Of a DNA stretch of 64,000 nt, positions 54,352 through 64,000 are shown piece after piece; position 1 is the stretch's first letter, and each line of letters opens with the position of its first letter. Origin of the DNA: Narcine bancroftii (lineage: Eukaryota); NCBI RefSeq assembly GCF_036971445.1, contig NC_091477.1, positions 32,240,001-32,304,000 on the forward strand, read 5' to 3'. Made by a program: the position numbers and the translations under genes. The notes under the pieces are model-generated. The model made no database searches. It saw only the letters and a program-made list of their open reading frames with translations, and was not told the origin of the DNA.

Positions 54352-55231
54352 TTCTTTGGCTTGGCTTCGCGGACGAAGATTTATGGAGGGGGTAAATGTC
54401 CACGTCAGCTGCAGGCTCGTTTGTGGCTGACAAGTCCGATGCAGGACAGGCAGACACGGTTGCAGAGGCTGCAGGGGAAAATTGGTTGGTTGGGGTTGGG
54501 TGTTGGGTTTTTCCTCCTTTGCCTTTTGTCAGTGAGGTGGGCTCTGCGGTCTTCTTCAAAGGAGGTTGCTGCCCGCCAAACTGTGAGGCGCCAAGATGCA
54601 CGGTTTGAGGCGATATCAGCCCACTGGCGGTGGTCAATGTGGCAGGCACCAAGAGATTTCTTTAGGCAGTCCTTGTACCTTTTCTTTGGTGCACCTCTGT
54701 CACGGTGGCCAGTGGAGAGCTCGCCATATAACACGATCTTGGGAAGGCGATGGTCCTCCATTCTGGAGACGTGACCCACCCAGTGCAGCTGGATCTTCAG
54801 CAGCGTGGACTCGATGCTGTCGACCTCTGCCATCTCGAGTACGTCGATGTTAGGAATGAAAGCGCTCCAATGGATGTTGAGGATGGAGCGGAGACAACGC
54901 TGGTGGAAGTGTTCTAGGAGCCATAGGTGATGCCGGTAGAGGACCCATGATTCGGAGCCGAACAGGAGTGTGGGTATGACAACGGCTCTGTATACGCTTA
55001 TCTTTGTGAGGTTTTTCAGTTGGTTGTTTTTCCAGACTCTTTTGTGTAGTCTTCCAAAGGCGCTATTTGCCTTGGCGAGTCTGTTGTCTATCTCATTGTC
55101 GATCCTTGCATCTGATGAAATGGTGCAGCCGAGATAGGTAAACTGGTTGACCGTTTTGAGTTTTGTGTGCCCGATGGAGATGTGGGGGGGCTGGTAGTCA
55201 TGGTGGGGAGCTGGCTGATGGAGGTCCTCAG
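54352..55231 (-). mobile_element. 5'-truncated RTE-clade LINE copy (longest in the window)
   Basis: ORF 54405-54833 QLHWVGHVSRMEDHRLPKIVLYGEL...; upstream FTYLGCTIS RT-thumb motif. Confidence 0.9.
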
Positions 55232-55689
55232 TAGAAATTCGATAACAAAACCATTTTTTTTACATGTACTTGTTTCAAATTGATCACTAGCTGAGTCCCT
55301 TGGCACATTTTTAAATTTTAATTTCGATGATAAAGCATAAAAAAAGACCCTTCTGGCCTATGAAACCCATCCAATTACACCCAATTAACCTACCAAGTAT
55401 GATAAAGGTGATGTATGTAATTTGCATGAAACACATATTATGGAAGACTGATTTTAATCCTTTTGAAATAATCTAATTATACTACTCTTGTAAAATTGAT
55501 TCATATAATCACATAATTCACATTATCATATACATTGTTCAATACAATGCATATATTCACCAAAAATCTTACTTGCTGCAGCTGAACAGGAACCTTTCAA
55601 TAAAACTGACAAAGCCACAAGAAAAAACAACTTTATTCAAAATCTTTAATTGAATTAAAAAGATGGTAAAAATATACAAAAATGATAGG

Positions 55690-56742
55690 TGTTCCATTTT
55701 GGAAGGTGATGCATTTTGGCAGGTCAACCCTGAAGTCTGTGAATAGGGTTAATGATCAGATATTTAACAATGTGGAAGAACAGAGGAACCTTGTGATCCA
55801 AATCCATTCATCTCTCAAGGTTGCCACGCAGGTTGGTAGGATAGTTAAGGAGGCTTATGGGATGCAAGGCTTCATTAGTCGGGAGATTGAATTCAAGAGT
55901 GGAGAAGTCATGTTGCAGCTCCTCAAATCTCGGGTAAGATCACACTTAGAATATTGAGTTCATTTCTGGTTACCTCATATAACCATATAACCATTTACAG
56001 CACGGAAACAGGCCATGTCGGCCCTTCAAGTCCGTACCGGTTCACTTGAACAACTCCACTAGCTCCTCCACAAACTCCTGAGAAAGTAGAGGCTTTCTTC
56101 ATGATGCCATTCATGTGATCTAATTGCACGTCCCAGCTGAAAGCATTCCAGATTTGCTTTCACCAAGCACCTTTCTTCAGTTTGGCTCACTCCAAAGTAT
56201 AATTTAAGTAATTTTGGTGTAAGATTAGTCATTAGGCCTCAGCAAGAAGAGGCTCTCTGGTGAGAGTTATTAGTGTGTAGAGATTTACCAGGATGTTGAA
56301 AAATAAGTCTTATTAGGCAAGTTTAGCAGAGCTAGGGCTTTTCTCTTTGAAGTGTTGAAGAATGAATGATGACAATAAAGGTCTATAGGATTTTGAGGGG
56401 CATAGATAAGGTGGACAGCCAGCACCTTTTTTTCCAAGGACAAGAGTAGCAACCACCAGAGGACATTTGTACAAAGTGAAGGGAGAAAAGTTTTGACAGA
56501 GACGTCAAGGTATTTTTTTAACACAGAGAGTTGTAGGTGCCTGGAATACCTTGCTAGGGGTGGTGGTGGAAACTGGAACAATGGGGGCATTTAAGAGATG
56601 CCAAGGAAGGCACACGGATGAAAGAAAAATAGAGGGTTATGAGGTTTGGAGGGTTACTTTTTAAAATTTTAGATTGGAACATATATCTCAGCATAACATC
56701 ATGGGCTGAATGGCCTGTACTGTCCTGTAATGTTCTATGTTG
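55690..56742 (+). mobile_element. CR1 LINE 3' fragment, with a small internal insertion
   Basis: ORF 55682-55957 VMHFGRS...KEAYGMQGFISREIEFKS...HLEY; same subfamily as 20650-21340. Confidence 0.75.
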
Positions 56743-56799
56743 TATAATAAATAATCACAATTATCTTTGTGTAAAAAAGAAGTGATTTGGCAACAGTGC

Positions 56800-58150
56800 A
56801 GACAGTCTTCTTTGTTGTGTTGGAGTAGTTTGTGATGTTGCAGTAGTTTAGAGCCTATTAACTGTTGCAGAGAAATTGTTCTTGAATCTACAGATACTGG
56901 ACCTCGGGCTTCTGTATCTTCTTTCCAAAGGTAACTGTGAGAAGAGGTTGTACAGAAAATAAGCAGGGGACTAAGAATGTAGCCTTGATGTGCTCCTGTC
57001 ATGGTTGTTAGTGAGGAGGACGTGATATTTCCTCTCTGTACTGTTTATTGTCTCCGCTCCATCCTCAACATTCATTGGAGCGACTTCATCCCTAACATCG
57101 AAGTACTCGAAATGGCAGAGGCTGACAGCATCGAATCCATGCTGCTGAAGATCCAACTGCGCTGGGTAGGTCACGTCTCCAGAATGGAGGACCATCGCCT
57201 TCCCAAGATCGCGTTATATGGCGAGCTCTCCATTGGCCACCGTGACAGAGGTGCACCAAAGAAGAGGTACAAGGACTGCCTAAAGAAATCTCTTGGTGCC
57301 TGCCACATTGACCAGCGCCAGTGGGCTGATATCACCTCAAACCGTGCATCTTGGCGCCTCACAGTTCGGCGGGCAGCAACCTCCTTTGAAGAAGACCCCA
57401 GAGCCCACCTCACTGACAAAAGACAAAGGAGGAAAAACCCAACACCCAACCCCAACCAACCAATTTTCCCCTGCAACTGCTGCAACCGTGTCTGCCTGTC
57501 CCACATCGGACTTGTCAGCCACAAACGAGCCTGCAGCTGACGTGGACATTTACCCCTCCATAAATCTTCGAAGCCAAGCCAGAGAGAAAGAGACTGTTTG
57601 GAGTTTGTCAATTAGGAAGTTAATGAGGATCCAGTTGTAGAGGGACAGAGTCCCAGATCTATTAGTTTGGTCCTGAAATTTAATGATACGATGGTGTTGA
57701 ATGCCAAGCTCTAGTCAATGATACTGTATGTGTTTTTGTGATCAAGGTGATCTAACACAAAGTGCTGGGCCAGCAAGATGATGTTCGCCATTGTCTAGTT
57801 GTGATGAAGCAGGTCCAGGTTCTTCAGAGATAGGAATTAATCTGCTCCGTAACCAACCTCTCAAAATACTTTATCATGGTCGACTTAAGAACCATAGTTG
57901 TTGATGCAGGTTATGTTGCTCTCCTTTGGCACCAGAATAATGGATGTCATTTTGAAACAGGTGGGGACCTCTGACCATTGTAGTGAGAGGTTAAAATGTC
58001 TATAAAAACTCTAGCCAGTTGGTTTGCACAGGTTTTAATGACACAGCCAGGTACACAATCTGGACCAGGTGATTTTCAAGGTTCTGTTCTTATCAGCCTC
58101 AGAAACTGGGAGCATAGAATCATCGAAGGCCGTGAGGGTTCTTCATTGTT
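56800..58150 (-). mobile_element. Degenerate Rex/Babar-like LINE RT fragment, split by the RTE copy
   Basis: TGAHQGYILSPLL motif (ORF 56688-57002); RT-like sequence resumes after 57592. Confidence 0.6.
57047..57592 (+). mobile_element. 5'-truncated RTE-clade LINE copy nested in an older LINE
   Basis: ORF 57001-57540 CLRSILNIHW...QLRWVGHVSRM; flanked by a short ACTGTTT direct repeat. Confidence 0.9.
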
Positions 58151-58157
58151 CATGGAA

Positions 58158-58372
58158 CTCTTGTTGGAGTTCTTTTAATACTAGTGTTCTGATCAAACTG
58201 AAGGAAGCAAGAAATAATGGATGGAAGAGCTCTTGTTGGAGTTCTTTTAATACTAGTGTTCTGATCAAACTGAAGGAAGCAAGAAATAATGGATGGAAGA
58301 GCTCTTGTTGGAATTCTTTTAATACTAGTGTTCTGATCAAACTGAAGGAAGCAAGAAATAATGGATGGAAGA
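58158..58372 (+). repeat. Tandem repeat, 3 x 72 bp
   Basis: Units start at 58158, 58230 and 58302 and are almost identical. Confidence 0.92.
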
Positions 58373-59279
58373 ATACTGATCTTTAGTCAATGATTATGAA
58401 GATATGCCAGCACATTCAAGATATGAAGAGGTAAATAAGAGCAGAAGTAGGCTATTCATTTCCTCAAGCTTATAGTGTCATTTAATAATGACTGACCTAA
58501 TCTCCATCTATTCTTAGTAACCTTTCATCCCTTTACCTATCGAATAGCTATCTCTCTCTGCCTTAAAATATTAATATACTACTGTCTTTTGAGAATATAA
58601 AGAATTATAGCCCTACAAAAATATCACCTTTCCTTCCCCCATTAAATGCATAAGCTCTTACTTTAAGTTCAAGATTGTCCCACAAGAAGAAACATCTACT
58701 TATCAAGACCCTTCAGGATCTCATATTCTTCTATCAAATCTCTTCTCAAACTTCTACATTTTAGCTTAGAAGTTTTTGGTTAATTTCTTGCATTTACATG
58801 TGCTCTAAGTGTCAAGTTTAAAAAAAATGTTTTTAATGTCCTCAGAGGTACCTGTACTAAAATAGGAAGGAGGAAGATGGCTGGATTAAACATGATCCAG
58901 TGCATTGCTTAAGCACAACTCACCCACAAGGTGTCACTATCAACTATCTTGCAATACAAATAGAGTCCCAATGTGGGAAGATATGTAGACTATTTTGCTC
59001 AATGTAGGGTTGGTGTGATTAATCTCATTTATTCATTTGTTGGAGCCTTGATCCAATAGATCACTTCTCCAAAGGTATAGTTTCCCCCTTGCTCCTCCAG
59101 TGAAGACTGATTTCAGATGTTCAATCTTGTGAAGCTCAGAATAATGGATCATTTCAGAAGTTATACAAAGTTTCTAAAAAGGAAAGAGTTCAAGTTAAAA
59201 GTACCATACCAAAGATTGGAATAAGTAATATCAAATGCACAGTGTGAGTTCACAAGTGAAATTATAAGAATTAGAAGAG

Positions 59280-60075
59280 AATATAAGAACTTGGAGTAGG
59301 AATAAGCTTTCTGGCCCATCAAGCCTGCTCCACCATTCAAGAAGATCATCGCTGATGTGGCTGTGGGTTCAGCTTCATTATTACCTATTCCTCATAATCC
59401 TTAATTCCCCTACAGTTCCAAAATCTATCTGTGTCTTAATTACATTTAATGAGGTAGTTTGTACTGCTGCGGTAGGCCAGAAACTTCACTAATTCATTAC
59501 TCTCAAGGAGAAGCAAATCCTCCTCACCTCTATCTTAAATCTGCCAAACCTGCGCACACCACCCCTCCCCCCCTTGAGGCTATGATTCTAGTTCTAGTCT
59601 CAGTGGAAACTAGAACTGAAGCAAGTGGAAACAAACTCCCTATTTCTCTCTTGTCCATTCCTTTTATAATTTTATATATCTCTATAAGATTCCACCATCA
59701 TTCTTCTTGGCTCCAATAAGTATTGTGCTCAATCTCTTTTCCTATTTTCCAGTGCCTCCAAATCCAATAGATCCTTTCTCAGGAAAGAAGACCAGAATTT
59801 CACAAAGTGTCCTGTACAGTTTCAGCAGAAACTCCCTGCTCTTAAACTCAGTCCCTCTACCAATGAAGACCAACATCCTAATCATCTTCTTGATTATATG
59901 CTGCATCTGCAAACTAACCTTCTGCAATTCATTTACAATCACTTTTGGGTCTCTCTGCACAACCCCATGCTGCAACTTTTCACCATTTAAATAGTAGTTT
60001 GATTTATTATTTTTCCTTACAAAGTTCCTTACATGTATCAGTATTGTTCCCCATCTGCCAGACCCTTGCCCAATA
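59280..60075 (-). mobile_element. CR1 LINE 3' fragment
   Basis: ORF 59742-59975 VQRDPKVIV...MLVFIGRGTEFKSREFLLKLYRTL. Confidence 0.72.
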
Positions 60076-62156
60076 TGAATCTCTCTGCAGCTGTTAAATC
60101 ATTATTCTCCGACTGTATCCTCGACACAAATATAATTCCCAGTCAATATAGTATAATCACGAAATGATACATAAAAACACAACCAGGCAAATCAAAAGTA
60201 TTTTTTAAGGTAAGGGAGGGTTTCTTAGAGATGAAGAGGAAATATGATTGTCAGTTACGTGGAAGTGGAATAAATGTTATACAATGGTCTTGAAAATGTG
60301 AACACATAGGAGCACTGAAGGAGCATGGGGGACAATTGTTGAGCAAAACTGTTGAGTGAAGATTTTTTTTCAGACTAAACTATCAGTAGTGCCTGAGAAT
60401 AATCATTATTACAAGGTTTCCTTCACATCCAGTAAGACCTGGGTGAATAAGGAATGGCTGGGAGGGTGTTTGCTATCTTGACTAGTGTGGATAGGGAGGT
60501 GACTAGGAAATTTGTAAGAAGGGTTAGAACTGGGAGTAAATAGAGAAGTTAAAATTTAGGCATATCAGATGGTCAGAAGGTGACACTAGTGGGTGGAGGT
60601 GAGTGATGTTGGTATAGATAATGAAGATTGTGGGTTGAGAAAGATCTCAAGGGATGAATGTAGGTAAAACTGACTTGCTTACCTTCTATCATTTTCTCCT
60701 AATTGTATGGAAACTAGCGAGGTCTCACCTGGAGTAATGTTGCACATTTTGGTCTCCTTATTTCAGAAGGGATCCACTATCATTGGATGTCTCCAGAAAC
60801 CATCACTTATAGCTGTTAAATCAATATTCTCCAACTGTAAATGATGGGGAATTTCTGAAGGTTTATCCTCCATCACTGAACACCATGTATATACTTGTCT
60901 CAGTTGCAAACAGTGAGAAATAAAGAAAGAAGCCACCAAAAAAAGTGGCAGACTGACAATCATAAACAAAGTGGGAGGTATTTTGTCCACAGACTAACAG
61001 CTGTTGATTTCCCTGAAGTTATTTTATTATTCTGTTCAAATAGACCGATCATGCAAAATTGTGGCTATTGAAGCCATCAATTGATCATTGATATTATCAT
61101 ATATTTTTATTTGTTTTTTTGTAAATACAAACAGCAAACTATAATAGCTAATAGGGTTTCAAATATTTTAGTATTTTGGCAAGATTCTTTTGAAACCTGG
61201 AATAAGATTTTATCAGTTCTTTAGCAATATCCAGATAGGCACCAAATGAACTTCTTCAATTTGATCTTTAAAATTGCCACCAGATAAATGACCTCTTTTT
61301 GATCAGGTCACTGATCAGGTCAGTTATGTACTGAAAAAAATGGTTAAAAATATCAAATTAGAAGTTGGTGATTAAAGGAGGATATTGCAGCATTCACCCT
61401 AATAATATAATGTTTTATGCCAAACAAAGCATCAACCTTTTATAGTTCAGGGAAGTCCAGCATCTCTAGGGGAAAATGACTTCAATGGTTTTGATGGATA
61501 GAGTGAAAATTATAAATTTGAACAACTGAAAGGAAATCTTTACTCACAAGCAAACAGAAAATGCTACTTGCTAATGAGAATCTTTATTTCTTCAATTAAC
61601 CTGTCTTTGCTCCATAATTAAAACATCCTTGGGCTCAAAGAGTTACCATAAAATGTGAAGAATATTTTACAGTCAATCAACCCAAGTCTCAACACGGAAA
61701 TGAAAATAGAACCATGTGGATTTTGTAACTCTGAAATAGAAAAAGAAATTGTTGGAAATATTTTGCAGGTCAGGCATTGTCTGTGAAAGGAGAAAGCAGA
61801 TGAAGCAGCTTTTATCAGAATAGGAGACAGAAAAAAAAAAGTTAATTTCTAAAATTCTATTTTTAACTTGCAGAGGGGATTAGGGATGAATGATAAGTTG
61901 TTGCTCGGGTTGCCATCAGCATAAATTATAGAGGTTGTTTGTCTATGGGTTAAAGTAGGGAGTTGGAGTGAGGGGAAAAAAGTTTTTTTTTAAATTAATG
62001 TCTATCTATCTTTTATTTCCTATGGGTGCTGTGTGATCTGAGTTTCTCCAGCACTTCTGTGTATTGCGTTGGGAACCTATACCACTCATCCCAGGCAACT
62101 TTGCCCTCACTTTTTGAGAGTAATGTTTTTTACTGCCCACACTTGTGCTCACTCTC

Positions 62157-62158
<2 letters not shown>

Positions 62159-62193
<35 letters not shown>
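62159..62193 (+). repeat. (CA)n microsatellite
   Basis: Direct observation. Confidence 0.95.
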
Positions 62194-62195
<2 letters not shown>

Positions 62196-62870
62196 GGTGA
62201 ATCGCCTCTGCACTCCCTCCATTGCAAGAACATCCTTCCTTAGATAAGGTGACCAAAACTGCACACAATACTCCTTGTGTGGTCTCACCAAGGCCCTGTA
62301 CAGCTGCAGTAAGGTATCCTTGTTCCTATACTCAAACCCTCTTGATATGAAGGCCAACACACCATTTGCCTTTTTAACCGCCTGCTGTACCTGCATGCTC
62401 GCCTTCAGAGACTGGTGTACAAGTACCCCTAGGTCTCTCTGCACTTCCCCATCTCTTAATCTATTGCCATTCAAATAGTAATCTGCCCTCCGGTTTGTAT
62501 TACCAAAGTGGATAACATCACATTTATCCACATTGTAGTGCATTTGCCATGTATCTGCCCAGTCCCTCAATTTATCCAAATCACACTGGAGTTCCTGACC
62601 CCCTCTTCCGTGAACACAACCCCTCCTAGCTTAGTGTCATCTGCAAATTTGGAGATATTACATCCAATCCACTCATCCAGATCATTAATGTAAATTGTGA
62701 ACAGCTGGGGTCCCAGTACAGATCCCTGTGGCACCCCACTGGTCACCGCCTGCCACTCAGAAAACGAGCCATTTATCCCAACTCTCTGTCTTCTACCTGC
62801 CAGCCAGTTCTCAATCCACATCAATACTTTTCCCCCAATCCCATGAGGCTTGATTTTGGAAGCCAGTCAT
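62193..62870 (-). mobile_element. Relatively well-preserved CR1 RT fragment ending in (CA)n
   Basis: ORFs 62567-62824 ([22 protein letters not shown]...SKFADDTKL) and 62130-62579; a single frameshift. Confidence 0.9.
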
Positions 62871-62884
62871 TTATGCAATAAACA

Positions 62885-63977
62885 ATATGTGCAAAATATG
62901 AGATCCGGTATTTACAAAAATGCCAACAGTGAGTATTGTGCTGGAGATGGACTTCACTGTAAAATGGATATATCCCACCCTTTTAAAAACTCTTCTCTTG
63001 TATAGAAGGAAAATGTTACTAATTATTCTAAAATTCTACCAGAGTTCAGACTAATCCATCATGAGGCAAAATTGCCTACTTAATACAGCAACAAAATTAA
63101 GTGCTCAGCTGTGTACTTTGTAAGATATCTGATCAATTTATGTCCATAAGTATAACATAACGTAAAAAATCTCTGAACCGTTGCAATGTAATAAAGCGAA
63201 TTACAGTATTATACTTACATATAGAAGTATAATGGGTCATTTATTATCTGGACTTATTTTCACAATCTATTGGATAATGAAAAGAGATTGCAGTTCTCTT
63301 GCTTTTGTAGTTATAGATATTATAACATATTAGGAATAAATCTAAAAGCTTATTTTGAATTCAATTACAATTAAGATATATCCATTGATATTAACTGTAG
63401 TTTTGAGGCATATAACAGCTAAATCAAAAGTAAGATACCAATTTTAATGAAAATGCTGGTCAGATTGTTGCCTTTTCAACACTGTTCCTGTGACTGTCTC
63501 CGTTAGAATAAAGAGAAATATTGAATAGGCAGTAAATTAATTCTTTAAAAAATGTATTAAAATGTTTTAAAAAATGTATTAAAATGTTAAAAAATGTATT
63601 AAAATGTCAAAGTAATTGACAGCATTCTTATGAACATATAACATGAGAATACTTTCTGTATTTTATGTAATAGAGCATGTTGACATGTTAACAATATGAC
63701 ATTGTTATTTTACAAGCTGAATGATATTTCTAATTATACTGGATTTTTAGATTGACAGATGGTGGCTTCGACCTGGGTTCCAGGTCAAAATAATCCTTGC
63801 TTCTTGGGTTAAATTTAGACCCAAAGTTGAGGCAGAACAAATGATTCATCACAGAAGTCAGAATGAATTAGTTTAAGATGAAAATCTTGTGCGTTGAGGC
63901 CCTAATGAAAATCATGAGTATTGTAAAAAGCCAATGAAGGTGGATTTCTTTGCTCACTGTTCTGAAAACCTCTAAAA
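62885..63977 (+). repeat. Copy 2 of the diverged ~1.1-kb direct repeat
   Basis: See 43770-44840; includes a local triplication of aaaaatgtattaaaatgt at about 63546-63607. Confidence 0.85.
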
Positions 63978-64000
63978 CAGTGGTCTTCTAACTTTTTTCT

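Noticed and set aside
57001-57540. Zinc-finger protein gene
   Set aside because: C-terminus of RTE LINE ORF2, repeated five times in the window

Overview
Vertebrate genomic DNA, AT-rich and repeat-dense, with two N gaps. The repeat content suggests a cartilaginous fish, probably a ray (inference). Two spliced genes are arranged head-to-head and are only partly captured by the ORF track. (1) A complete 7-exon eIF4E class I gene lies on the minus strand (CDS 22165->2836, 213 aa); its residues and synteny point to eif4e1b. (2) A synuclein gene lies on the plus strand (coding exons 31863-31983, 32478-32507, 39539-39690, 53631-53735; last exon not found); synteny and the exon-4 end point to beta-synuclein (sncb). 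The synuclein is the most unusual feature. It keeps the 11-residue NAC segment that human beta-synuclein lacks. Its second coding exon (exon 3) is 12 nt shorter than usual, which removes the 4-residue linker and puts all seven 11-mer repeats in unbroken register. It also contains a cysteine. Intron 1 of eif4e1b holds a CR1 LINE split by a ~5.7 kb array of 229 x 25-bp units. On the pre-mRNA strand each unit reads GT-polypyrimidine-AG. The rest is CR1, Rex/Babar-like, RTE, Penelope-like, SINE and hAT remnants, a ~380-bp palindrome and a ~1.1-kb diverged duplication. All coordinates were derived by eye; no database searches were run.
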